From: Candidatus Heimdallarchaeota archaeon
Lineage (GTDB): Archaea; Asgardarchaeota; Heimdallarchaeia; Heimdallarchaeales; Kariarchaeaceae
Assembly (NCBI GenBank): GCA_015523565.1
Contig: WAKA01000122.1
Location: forward strand, 1-58,938
Direction: 5' to 3'
DNA length: 58,938 nt
The position numbers and the translations under genes were made by a program. The notes below the pieces were generated by a model that did no database searches, was not told the origin of the DNA, and was given only the letters and a program-made list of their open reading frames with translations. Position 1 is the stretch's first letter, and each line of letters begins with the position of its first letter. Of this stretch, positions 35,574 through 45,313 are shown in pieces.

Positions 35574-36878
35574 ATGGGAACATTGCCTGCATGGTATCAA
35601 TTGAGACCTGTCACCGAAAGTCTACCCGTCGACATTAATGATGCATTTAGATTGATTGTCCAAAGAATTAACAATCTAACTCAATTGAAAATGCAATCAG
35701 GAGAGATATCGGGGATTTTTGAGGAAAGATTGATACAAGAAGAACAAGAAAAGGAGGAGCTAATAAGCCATATCCTATTGAGGATTGCAACAGTTCTTGA
35801 TTTAAGGCTTACGTCTTGGTTACTTGAATCAGAAGGGGACTATTTTATTTTTAGATTCCAACAAGAACCATGGGATAAGCAATGGGGCATATTGACCAAT
35901 CTTTTCGGAAATGACGGGATAATAGATGAACAAGAAATCAAAATGATGATAAACGACCCAGACATTGATTTGATTTTTGCAAAACGACGACAGAATTCAT
36001 CACCGATATTTGCAATTAAATATACACAAGCACCATTTCTCTTGAAAAAAAGAGTGGGAAGGTTGGTGCAGGGTTGGATCGTGTTAGACTTGAAAACAGC
36101 CATACCATTCATAAAAAAAGAATTTGAACGACAACTAAAGAACCAGATGGAACAATTGCAACAGAGGGTGAAAACAAGAGCTCAATTAAAGAAACAGGCC
36201 ATGCAATTCTATGAGTATGTGCAAAAGGACGTTTTTGAAAAAATCATGAAACCAAGAAGAGAAACAATTCTCATAGACAGCTCATTTCATTTAGAAGGAA
36301 AACTTGAGGAAAATATGGAAAAGTTTCCGCCTTGCATACAAGATTTATTGCAAAGGGTTGAAAACGAGGGGTATATTGGTCATTGGGAAAGATTTCAATT
36401 AGGAATTTTCTTGAAACAAATTGGAATGCCTGTAGAGGAACAACTTCAATTCTGGTACTCAAAAGCAGTGGACAATATAGGAATAAGTTTTGAAGAATTC
36501 AAGAAAAAAGCAGGATATATCATTCGACACATATATGGACTGGAAGGGGGAAAAATAGACTACAAAATGCCAGCTTGCAAAACAATACAGGATAGAATGT
36601 ACTGTTCATTTAAACATGCAAGTCTTGAAACAATTAAAAGAAGAATAGAATTCTTGATGAAGTTTACAGATATCGATGATTCCAAGCCTATTTCACAGCT
36701 TATTGTTGATAAGGCAAGGAAAGGAGATTATTCTTTGGCATGTGGTCTTACTTTGAATATTATAAGAAAACACAAAGGTTCAACAACAAGAATTCAACAT
36801 CCCCTTATTTATCTAAAACTTGCATTGGAATCTAATGATAAGGAAGAAAAAAAAGAAGAGACGAAACAGCAAATATAA
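35574..36878 (+). CDS. priL: DNA primase large subunit
   Basis: FPPCI...HWERFQLGIFLKQIG...YIIRHIYGLEG..DYKMPAC...C (Fe-S domain). Confidence 0.92.
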   Translation: MGTLPAWYQLRPVTESLPVDINDAFRLIVQRINNLTQLKMQSGEISGIFEERLIQEEQEKEELISHILLRIATVLDLRLTSWLLESEGDYFIFRFQQEPWDKQWGILTNLFGNDGIIDEQEIKMMINDPDIDLIFAKRRQNSSPIFAIKYTQAPFLLKKRVGRLVQGWIVLDLKTAIPFIKKEFERQLKNQMEQLQQRVKTRAQLKKQAMQFYEYVQKDVFEKIMKPRRETILIDSSFHLEGKLEENMEKFPPCIQDLLQRVENEGYIGHWERFQLGIFLKQIGMPVEEQLQFWYSKAVDNIGISFEEFKKKAGYIIRHIYGLEGGKIDYKMPACKTIQDRMYCSFKHASLETIKRRIEFLMKFTDIDDSKPISQLIVDKARKGDYSLACGLTLNIIRKHKGSTTRIQHPLIYLKLALESNDKEEKKEETKQQI

Positions 36879-36998
36879 ATCGAGTAGAAATGAAAAAACA
36901 GACGACCACAATACTATCAAATATTTTGAATATTAAGCTTCAGAAGTTCTTTCACACAAATATTTATTATTTTCAGAAGCATTAGACAAATAGAAGAG

Positions 36999-39014
36999 AT
37001 GATTATCATAAATCGCAAATCCATCAGTCCCATAATTGCAATAGGCTTATTGATTGCCTTGACCATTTCTGGAGGGGCTGCAATTGCAGTTATCCTTTCA
37101 CAGTCTCAATCAAAAACACCTACTCTTTCTGTCTTAGGACTTAATGGTTCAACTACAAGTCCAATTTTGGCCACTGCCTCTATTGTTCAAATAACAGAAT
37201 ATCCCGACCCCTTGGTTTCAAAAGACATTGTGGGAATTGAAGTGGAAGTAACAAATCTTGGTTCAAAGGACATTTACGTGATCGATATCGATGTCATTGT
37301 GGGTACCACGTTATTGGATTTATATGCAGAATGGAAAATTCAATCATCCACGGGAGCAATTAAGGTTAATGAAAATGGCGACCCATATACTGTAGGTGAC
37401 AAAATTGGAGGATATAAACAAAAACCAGGAACTATAAATTATTTTGTTGAATTAGACAGCAGTGATTATGATAACTCTTTTGCAAGGATTCCTGCAACAT
37501 CAAACTTATTTTTTGCAAAAGTAAAGGTTGGAAATAATCCAGTTCATGTGGATCAAAGCATACAAACACAATCTGTTGCTTTAAAAGACTTTTATTCACC
37601 TGTAGGCTATCGAGTTGCATTATTCCATCATGGAACTGAAACGTCAGATGCGCGAAAGAAATTGGAAAAGGTATTCACAGATACAAGATTTCAATCAATC
37701 ACCAATACAAAAAACATGAACATCAGTTTTGATCCCAACATTGATGAATACGATTTTAGTTCCCCAACCCATGGAATAAATGCAACAGCAGTGGCTGAGA
37801 CCTATGACTTAGTCTTAGTAGCCATGTGGGCAGTTCATAACAATATAGCCAACGAGCTAATGGAAATTTTCAATAAAGGAGTTGCACTAGTATTCTATGG
37901 AACCTTAAGTGGATTTGGCAATTATGCCCAAATTTCATCACAAATTAACCAAACAGCTACAGAAGAGATTACTGGATTACTGTTTGATGGTTGTTCAACG
38001 TGTGACAGCGTTAAAACGAAAAATACGAATGCAAACAACACCTATTGGTTCATTCCGAATGGTAAACCAGGGATAGTGGCAGATCTTCAACCATACAATG
38101 TATTTTTTGAGGACAACAAGAAAAAGGATAAACTAGGATATGACATAGCAACATTGACTAACAACACAAAAATTTCAACAAAAGTCTATGGATACCATAA
38201 ATACGAACTCCGAGACAAGAAAAACAGCAATGCACTGTTTCTTAATAAAACTTCACCATTATATGTAATCCGTGAGACTGCATCCAACAAAAAAGTGGCA
38301 ACGTTTGCCATGAATCACAAAAGCGTATTTAATAACAAGAAAATGAGCCATCGGTTTTTTGTGCCTAGAAATCTTATATTTGCGGCGTTAGGGGAGGACA
38401 GGAAGTTGATAAGACATACAAAAATTCAGATGAACACATTCACCTTAACCCAAAATCCGGGCAATACACAAGAATTCAGAATTAGTTGGACTGCAACTGT
38501 AACAGAAGGAGATATCAACCTAGTAGATGGAGGAATAAATTTCACCCTTTATATGCCAACAGACTATTCCATCTCATTCAGAAAAGGCAAAGAAAAAAAG
38601 GTTCAAGTTGACATAGAAACAAGTGGATCAACGAAATTATTTACTAAAACAATAAAAATTGATTTGCAGTCTAACAATGTAATCCATATTGATGTAGGAC
38701 ATAATGTAAGCAAAGGAAAAAGAGGATTGAAATACCTCTATAGAAATGACAATCTTTCATTAATTTTGCCTGTAAGAGGAAATAATCGTCTTAAATGGCT
38801 TCGATTGGCGTCAGGAGACGATCCAACCCAAGTAAAACAGTGGAAAATCGTAACAAACTGGACAAATGTGGACATGTCAAAAGACACATTAAGTGTCACT
38901 TATAACAAGGCAATCCAACCATTATTGGAAATAAAAGCCATGATTCAAAGACAGGCAATTGATATAAAAGGAACAAAGTTGCAAAAACAAATTGTCACGC
39001 GAATCAATCTATAA
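36999..39014 (+). CDS. Large type IV pilin-like (class III signal peptide) surface protein
   Basis: RKS|ISPIIAIGLLIALTISGGAAIAVIL, then a pilin-like beta segment (VEVTNLGSKDIYV), then a large Lys/Asn-rich extracellular region. Confidence 0.7.
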   Translation: MIIINRKSISPIIAIGLLIALTISGGAAIAVILSQSQSKTPTLSVLGLNGSTTSPILATASIVQITEYPDPLVSKDIVGIEVEVTNLGSKDIYVIDIDVIVGTTLLDLYAEWKIQSSTGAIKVNENGDPYTVGDKIGGYKQKPGTINYFVELDSSDYDNSFARIPATSNLFFAKVKVGNNPVHVDQSIQTQSVALKDFYSPVGYRVALFHHGTETSDARKKLEKVFTDTRFQSITNTKNMNISFDPNIDEYDFSSPTHGINATAVAETYDLVLVAMWAVHNNIANELMEIFNKGVALVFYGTLSGFGNYAQISSQINQTATEEITGLLFDGCSTCDSVKTKNTNANNTYWFIPNGKPGIVADLQPYNVFFEDNKKKDKLGYDIATLTNNTKISTKVYGYHKYELRDKKNSNALFLNKTSPLYVIRETASNKKVATFAMNHKSVFNNKKMSHRFFVPRNLIFAALGEDRKLIRHTKIQMNTFTLTQNPGNTQEFRISWTATVTEGDINLVDGGINFTLYMPTDYSISFRKGKEKKVQVDIETSGSTKLFTKTIKIDLQSNNVIHIDVGHNVSKGKRGLKYLYRNDNLSLILPVRGNNRLKWLRLASGDDPTQVKQWKIVTNWTNVDMSKDTLSVTYNKAIQPLLEIKAMIQRQAIDIKGTKLQKQIVTRINL

Positions 39015-39052
39015 TCTTAATAAAAAGAAATTGAAGTAAGCATTGGTAAGAA

Positions 39053-39427
39053 ATGGCAGAAAAGAAGATGGTTGTTAATATTGGATCCCCTTCAGGGAAG
39101 ACCTACAAAATCATATTAGAAGATCAAGCAAGAGCCTCATTGTTTGGCTTGAAAATAGGTGATGAATTTGAAGGCTCTCTCATAGGATCCGATTATGAAG
39201 GATATAAATTCAAGATTACAGGTGGTTCTGATGAAAATGGAGTCCCTATGAGACCAGACCTCAATACTGACGGATATATGAGGCTTCTTGTGTCGGGAGG
39301 AGTTGGTTATAGACCAAAAAGAAAAGGAGAAAGACGTAGAAAAAGAATGAGAGGCAATATTATTCAAGAGGATATTTCTCAGCTCAATATAAAAATTATT
39401 GAAGAAGGAAAAAAACCATTGGAATAA
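39053..39427 (+). CDS. rps6e: 30S ribosomal protein S6e (eS6)
   Basis: GLKIGDEF...GYKFKITGGSDENGVPMRPD...GERRRKRMRGN. Confidence 0.96.
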   Translation: MAEKKMVVNIGSPSGKTYKIILEDQARASLFGLKIGDEFEGSLIGSDYEGYKFKITGGSDENGVPMRPDLNTDGYMRLLVSGGVGYRPKRKGERRRKRMRGNIIQEDISQLNIKIIEEGKKPLE

Positions 39428-39453
39428 TAAAGTAATTCAAGGAGGAAACCCCA

Positions 39454-40848
39454 ATGGCAAAAAGGAAAAAAAGAGCAAAGAAAACATCAGAAGAAACAAC
39501 AAAGGAAATCAAGAAGGAAATAACAAAAAAAGAGACTAAGAAGAAGAAAGAGGTTTCCTCCAAGAAAACAGAAGCAAAAGCTTCTGTGAATAAAGCAAAA
39601 AAAGCAAAAAAGAAAGAGGTCATTCATCCAGAAGTCAATATCGGAACTGCGGGACATGTCGACGAGGGAAAATCCACGCTTATCAGGTCACTGACAGGGA
39701 AGTTCCCAGATGATCACTCAGAGGAAATTAAAAGAGGGATCACCATTCGTCTTGGATATGCCGATTGTGACGTAAGAGCTTGTCCGAAGTGTCCAGAACC
39801 AGACAAGTGGACTGTCAAGGAAATTTGTCCGAATTGTGGATCAAAAACGGATTTTGTAAGAAGACTTTCGTTTGTTGATGCACCAGGGCATGAAATTCTG
39901 ATGCAGGTAATGCTGTCAGGCGCTGCAATAATGGACGGCGTGATTTTGGTAATTGGTGCGAACAAGACAGTGCCACAACCTCAAACAAGGGAACATTTGG
40001 CGGCAATAACTGCCTTAGGCATTAAAAATGTCATCGTTGTCCAAAACAAAATAGAATTGGTCTCCCCTGAAAAAGCAGAAGAGAATTACATGCAGATTAA
40101 GGAGTTCCTTAAAGGAACTATTGCAGAAAATGCACCAATAATCCCCATGAGTGCAATCCATGGGGTTAATCAAGATCTTCTTTTGTCTGCAATCCAAAAT
40201 TTCATCCCAACACCAAAGAAAAAAGAAAATGGTCCCTTAAGGATGTATGCAGCAAGATCTTTTGATATCAATCCTCCAGGAACTAAACCAAAGAACCTGA
40301 AAGGAGGAGTTTTTGGCGGCACTATCAAGAGTGGAAAGGTGAAAGTAGGGGATAAAGTTGTTGTATTGCCAGGTTTGAAAAAGAAGGAAGGAAAAGTTAC
40401 AAAAAGGATACCTGTAGAAACGGAAGTTTTGAGTATACGTGTTGGGGAATCACAGGACAGCAATATCGCAACACCAGGAGGACTGGTTGCAATTCAAACA
40501 GCACTAGATCCAAGCCTGACTAGATCTGACAACATGAGCGGAACAATCCTAACAAAGCCAGGAGAGGAATTACCTGTTGTTGATCAATTAAAAATCAACT
40601 ATACGTTATTCGACGTTGTGGTTGGATCAGATACAAATGAAGCAGTCCAACCAATTAGACAAAATGAGCCATTGTTGTTGACAATAGGAACTGCTCCGAT
40701 AACAGGGGTAGTCACCGCGTTGAAAGGCGGGGAAATGACTGTGAAACTTAAAAACGTCGTGGCATTGGACAATAGCATCAAAGTTGCGATAAGCAGGAAT
40801 ATTCAAAAAAGATGGAGACTCATTGGATATGGAGAAGTCTTGAGTTAA
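39454..40848 (+). CDS. eif2g: Translation initiation factor 2 subunit gamma, with a Lys-rich N-terminal extension
   Basis: NIGTAGHVDEGKST, RGITIRLGYA, Zn knuckle, FVDAPGHE, QPQTREHL, QNKIE and WRLIGYG. Confidence 0.97.
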   Translation: MAKRKKRAKKTSEETTKEIKKEITKKETKKKKEVSSKKTEAKASVNKAKKAKKKEVIHPEVNIGTAGHVDEGKSTLIRSLTGKFPDDHSEEIKRGITIRLGYADCDVRACPKCPEPDKWTVKEICPNCGSKTDFVRRLSFVDAPGHEILMQVMLSGAAIMDGVILVIGANKTVPQPQTREHLAAITALGIKNVIVVQNKIELVSPEKAEENYMQIKEFLKGTIAENAPIIPMSAIHGVNQDLLLSAIQNFIPTPKKKENGPLRMYAARSFDINPPGTKPKNLKGGVFGGTIKSGKVKVGDKVVVLPGLKKKEGKVTKRIPVETEVLSIRVGESQDSNIATPGGLVAIQTALDPSLTRSDNMSGTILTKPGEELPVVDQLKINYTLFDVVVGSDTNEAVQPIRQNEPLLLTIGTAPITGVVTALKGGEMTVKLKNVVALDNSIKVAISRNIQKRWRLIGYGEVLS

Positions 40849-40849
40849 G

Positions 40850-41257
40850 ATGGATAAGGAAAAACACCTCAAAATATTCATCGATACAAATGTTTTATTG
40901 CATGCTCCAGAATGGAAAATTCGTTTTCTTTCAGAACTTGACAGGATAATCGAGAGAAAATACGCAATCTATATTCATGAGAAAGTGTTTGAGGAGTTGC
41001 TTGAAGCTCTCGATGATAAAGGGGCATTAGGAAAAAGAGCCAAGCTTGCAATTGAAATGACCCCACAATTTGAAAGTTACGAAGATGATGAAGATTACCC
41101 AGGAACAGATATAGCGCTATTGAATGCCGCAAAAAAAGAGGGAGGCGCTGTATTGACATTCGACAAGGGATTGAAAAAAAGGTGCAAAAAGGAAGGCATT
41201 CCAGTGGTTACTAATCAAGGTATGCGACAACTGATGGTTGACGGTTATATTGGCTAG
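40850..41257 (+). CDS. PIN-domain protein (Fcf1/Utp24-like)
   Basis: IFIDTNVL, VFEEL, TD and VLTFDKGLK; conserved position downstream of aIF2-gamma. Confidence 0.85.
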   Translation: MDKEKHLKIFIDTNVLLHAPEWKIRFLSELDRIIERKYAIYIHEKVFEELLEALDDKGALGKRAKLAIEMTPQFESYEDDEDYPGTDIALLNAAKKEGGAVLTFDKGLKKRCKKEGIPVVTNQGMRQLMVDGYIG

Positions 41258-41351
41258 TGGAATGTAACACAATAATTTTAATTGGCGCGTATTGTGGTAG
41301 CTTACGAGCAATTTCTCCGTCTCGGCAAAAAGTTTTGGAGCCTAATTGAAT

Positions 41352-41924
41352 ATGTACTACATCAGTCAAATTACCGATACATTACGTGTTCCCCCAAGCA
41401 GATTTGATGAGGACTTAAAATCCATCCTCCTTGAACTTGCGAGGGAGAGTCTAGAAGAAAGAATTTTTCCAGAAATTGGGTTCATTGTAGCAGTGCTTGA
41501 GGCAGAGGAAGTAGGGAAAGGGAGATTAATCCCTCAGGAAAGTGGTGCATTTTATCCATGCGTATTTAAAGTCCTCTGCTTCAAGCCTGAAAGGAACGAG
41601 ATAGTTCAAGGAAGGGTCATTGAAGTAGTGGATTTCGGGGTATTCATCCAAGTCAGTACTGTAGAATGCCTCTGCCACAAATCACAGATGGGTGACGACT
41701 ATTTCATCTATAAGGACTCTGAAAACGCATTGATTGGCAGGGATACTGGAAAAAGAGTGGGAATTGGCGACATCATCCGTGGAAGGGTTGCGGTAGTGGG
41801 AATGCAGAAAAATGCCATGAGGGTTGGAATCACAACAAGGCAACCTGGACTCGGTAAGATGGAATGGATTGAAGAATGGAAACATGAACTTCAAGAAAAA
41901 AGGGAAGAAGAAATTGAAGCATAA
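41352..41924 (+). CDS. rpoE1: DNA-directed RNA polymerase subunit E' (Rpo7)
   Basis: DTLRVPPSRF, S1 domain (GRVIEVVDFGVFI) and TTRQPGLGKMEWI. Confidence 0.95.
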   Translation: MYYISQITDTLRVPPSRFDEDLKSILLELARESLEERIFPEIGFIVAVLEAEEVGKGRLIPQESGAFYPCVFKVLCFKPERNEIVQGRVIEVVDFGVFIQVSTVECLCHKSQMGDDYFIYKDSENALIGRDTGKRVGIGDIIRGRVAVVGMQKNAMRVGITTRQPGLGKMEWIEEWKHELQEKREEEIEA

Positions 41925-42008
41925 TATGCCCTGATTTCATAAGTTTCTTGCTGTCAGTCAAGGCAAACTATCGATCTTATTAAGAATTGCAAAATTACGC
42001 AATTGTTA

Positions 42009-43085
42009 ATGACACTTCTTGGTGGGACTGTTGATGATCTCATCCCTCAAATGAGACAGGAGGAACTTACACTTGAACCCAAAAGCAAAGATGTGAAAAT
42101 TGGGAATATCGTTTTTTTCTTGACAGTCATCGTTTTTCTCATTAGGGGAAGCCAATCAATTTCAAGTAGGTTTTTCTTCTTTTTGGTCATACTAGGTTTT
42201 ATTGGAATTTTATTACTCAGAAAAAATAAAATCCAAGGTAAATACATAATTAGTGATAAAGGACTTATTGTGCCTTCAACATGGATAACACAGAAAATGA
42301 TACCATGGGATGAGATTGTAGAAGCATACATTGAAGAAGTCAAAGATCAAAACGGGGAAATATTACATGCCTTGCGTATCATTCTTGACACAGATTGGAT
42401 CAAGGTCAATACAACAGGAATGGAAGATTCAGCGTTACTTTTAACAGAAAATGAATATGAATTCGAAGAATTGAAAAAATTTCATGAGAAAATAATCTTT
42501 TTCAAGAATCAATTCGGGAAGGCATCTGACACATTGAATGAACGGTTAAGGAAACAAGTGTTCAGATCATGGGAAAATAGAAACAAAAGGGCAGTGATCC
42601 TTTGGCTTGACGTTGTCTCAGAAAGCGTAATTTACTTTTCACTTTTTTATCTTTTGATTTACGGGATTTTAGGTCAATATCCACCATTGAGCACATATTT
42701 GGGAATATTCCTGTTTTTTGCATTAGGATTGTTCATTTTTTATTGGTCTGCAATTAGACCATATTCCATAGTAGGAATTAGACCAAATGAATTAGGTGCT
42801 GTCAATTACGTTCCAGATGATGTTGTTACAAATATTAGATTTGTAGTGGTTACTAAGCCATATGCCCTTTATTTGATGGAAGCAGAATTCATCTATGACG
42901 AGAATAACGACAGACCCCTACAAGTGGCAGATTTTGTGCAAATCCATCCAGAAATTGTAAAACCAGGAGAACTGGCACATGGCATTGCCCAAATAACAGG
43001 AAACCACGTAAAGGCAAAAGGGGCAGTCATTAAATTTAAACTGGAAGGAAATGACACAATGTATTCTGTTCCAATATATTGGTAG
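42009..43085 (+). CDS. Hypothetical membrane protein (2 TM, PH-like domain, 2 TM, beta domain)
   Basis: Two TM pairs and YIISDKGL...IPWDEI, typical of bPH-like domains. The start codon is uncertain. Confidence 0.55.
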   Translation: MTLLGGTVDDLIPQMRQEELTLEPKSKDVKIGNIVFFLTVIVFLIRGSQSISSRFFFFLVILGFIGILLLRKNKIQGKYIISDKGLIVPSTWITQKMIPWDEIVEAYIEEVKDQNGEILHALRIILDTDWIKVNTTGMEDSALLLTENEYEFEELKKFHEKIIFFKNQFGKASDTLNERLRKQVFRSWENRNKRAVILWLDVVSESVIYFSLFYLLIYGILGQYPPLSTYLGIFLFFALGLFIFYWSAIRPYSIVGIRPNELGAVNYVPDDVVTNIRFVVVTKPYALYLMEAEFIYDENNDRPLQVADFVQIHPEIVKPGELAHGIAQITGNHVKAKGAVIKFKLEGNDTMYSVPIYW

Positions 43086-43095
43086 GTGATTGAAA

Positions 43096-44157
43096 ATGGA
43101 AACAGTATTGCATATAGCTCATCAGCTTCCCGATATTCGAGTGGAAAAAATGATGCTTGCAGGCAAGGACATTGGGTTTGATGTTCAGGTAGTGGCACAA
43201 AAGTTCAGTTCATTTAGTTTTGAGGAACTTGAGTCCTGCACAGTTCATTTGTTTGATTCAGGAGCATTGGATCAATTTGGTTTCAAAAGAAATTCCATAA
43301 ATCAAATCAAAAAGATTATTGACAACGTCAATCCAGACATCATTCATGCCCATGATATTTATAATGCATATTTCACATCACAAGCAACACATCAGAGGTT
43401 TGTTTATGATGATCATGAGTTTTGGAGCCAAGCAATTGCCAATCAAGAGCCATCAGGGAAGTTTATCAAAAAAACAAGAAGAACAATAGGTTTATTCATT
43501 CGAAGAAAAAGAATTCCAACATGGGAAAAAAAGATTATTGCAAATAATGTAGTAATTACAGTGACAGATCAGATTGCAGAACACCATCGAAAAATTGGGA
43601 AGGAGGTTTTTGTCATCGAAAATTTCCCACATTCCAAAGAATTAATGGAACCAAAACAAAAGAAAAGAGAAGAAAAACAGTTAGTATATATTGGAAAAGA
43701 TCTTAGTTCATTTGGAACGAAATATAGGAACACAAAAGGATTTTTGGATATAATGCAAAAAAACCAAGACCTTGTTCTGAAAGTAATTGGAGACAGAAAT
43801 TTAAAAACCCATGGCAATATCATATCAATTGGATATATTCCACATATGAAAATCATTCCAGAAATATCAGATTCAAGCTTTGGAGTTTTGCCATGGAAAC
43901 CACATGAAAATCAAGCGTTTTTCAGCCCCAACAAGGTTTATCTTTATGCACATGCAGGACTTCATACTATTGTCCCCCGTACATTCACAAATCACCCACT
44001 TCTTTCATATTCATATTTCAACAGATTTGAAGATATACCAGATATTGTAAGAGCAAAACCAGAATATAGTTCAAATGAGATTATTAAGCATGCAAGAGCA
44101 GAAATAATTTTTGATAAAAGATATAATATCTTGAAAAAGGTCTATAACAGTTTGTAA
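43096..44157 (+). CDS. Glycosyltransferase, GT-B/family 4
   Basis: DIRVEK, PDIIHAHD, VYDDHE and FSPNKVYLY; SD GGTGA. Confidence 0.8.
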   Translation: METVLHIAHQLPDIRVEKMMLAGKDIGFDVQVVAQKFSSFSFEELESCTVHLFDSGALDQFGFKRNSINQIKKIIDNVNPDIIHAHDIYNAYFTSQATHQRFVYDDHEFWSQAIANQEPSGKFIKKTRRTIGLFIRRKRIPTWEKKIIANNVVITVTDQIAEHHRKIGKEVFVIENFPHSKELMEPKQKKREEKQLVYIGKDLSSFGTKYRNTKGFLDIMQKNQDLVLKVIGDRNLKTHGNIISIGYIPHMKIIPEISDSSFGVLPWKPHENQAFFSPNKVYLYAHAGLHTIVPRTFTNHPLLSYSYFNRFEDIPDIVRAKPEYSSNEIIKHARAEIIFDKRYNILKKVYNSL

Positions 44158-44159
44158 AT

Positions 44160-45266
44160 TTATTCAGAGGGAAATATAATTTCATTGTTTTCCCAACGTC
44201 TGATGATTTCAGAGACTATTTCCCTCCCTGCTTTGCCATTACCGTATGGATGATTTGATGGAACTTCGAATTTTCCGTCTTTTATTTCTGAAAAAGCAGT
44301 GTAAATACATTCTTTTTCCAAACCACAAAGCCTGTTGGCACCTTGTGCAACACTTTCCACCCATTCTGTCGTGGTTCTTAAGGTGATGGCAGGAATTCCA
44401 AGAATAAACGCTTCCTTTTGGAGACCACCACTATCCGTAATTAAACCAACGGCATTAGTTAAGAGATTTGCAAAATTCAGGTAACCTTGAGGCTCAATTA
44501 GGTAGATATTGGAAGATTCCTTGAGTTCCTTGAACAATCCAAATGTTTGGAAGTTTTTTAATGTGCGTGGATGAATGGAAAATACAACAGGATAAGGAGC
44601 ATTCGAAAAAATTTCAATGATTGCTTTCAATTTTTTTGAATCGTCGACATTCTCCGCACGATGCATTGTGGCTAAAAAGTATTGTTTAGAAGGGAAAGGT
44701 AATTTTAGGGACAAACGTTTTGCTTTATTACTTGCATATAGAATTGAATCAACCATTGTATCTCCACAACGATAAATCCAATCCTTGGGAACACCTTCTG
44801 CCAATAAATTTTCTACACCATCATCTGTTGGGGTAATCAACAAAGAAGAAATTCGGTCTACAACGATTCTATTAATTTCTTCGGGCATTTTCCAATCATG
44901 AGAACGTAGCCCTGCTTCCAGATGTATCACAGGGAGATGGAGTTTTACCGCAGACAAGGCACCTGCAAGTGTGGAATTTGTGTCTCCTGGTACCAATACA
45001 AGATCAAATGCCCTTTCTTGAATAAATGTTTCAATTCCTTTCATCATTTCTCCAGTTTGATATGCATGTGATCCTGAACCGACTGCAAGATTAAAATCAG
45101 GATAAGGGATATCTAAGTCCTCAAATATTTTGTCAGACATGTTTTTGTCATAGTGTTGACCAGTATGCAAATGAGTAAAATCAACTTTTTTTTCAATCAT
45201 TTCCCTTATAACAGGTGAAAGCTTGATAAATTGTGGACGAGTTCCAGAAATGATTAAAACTTTCAT
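44160..45266 (-). CDS. wecB: UDP-N-acetylglucosamine 2-epimerase (non-hydrolysing)
   Basis: GTRPQFIK, HTGQHYD, GDTNSTLA, HLEAGLRS, MPEEINR and TDSGGLQKEA. Confidence 0.96.
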   Translation of the reverse strand: MKVLIISGTRPQFIKLSPVIREMIEKKVDFTHLHTGQHYDKNMSDKIFEDLDIPYPDFNLAVGSGSHAYQTGEMMKGIETFIQERAFDLVLVPGDTNSTLAGALSAVKLHLPVIHLEAGLRSHDWKMPEEINRIVVDRISSLLITPTDDGVENLLAEGVPKDWIYRCGDTMVDSILYASNKAKRLSLKLPFPSKQYFLATMHRAENVDDSKKLKAIIEIFSNAPYPVVFSIHPRTLKNFQTFGLFKELKESSNIYLIEPQGYLNFANLLTNAVGLITDSGGLQKEAFILGIPAITLRTTTEWVESVAQGANRLCGLEKECIYTAFSEIKDGKFEVPSNHPYGNGKAGREIVSEIIRRWENNEIIFPSE

Positions 45267-45313
45267 TTTAGTTTTACGTCTTTCCTCCCTATTTTATTAT
45301 TATTGTACATATC

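Noticed and set aside
41926-42002. Hidden spt4 or a selenoprotein starting ATG CCC TGA after rpoE1
   Set aside because: No CxxC pattern or Spt4 similarity appears in any frame, and no SECIS-like element is evident.
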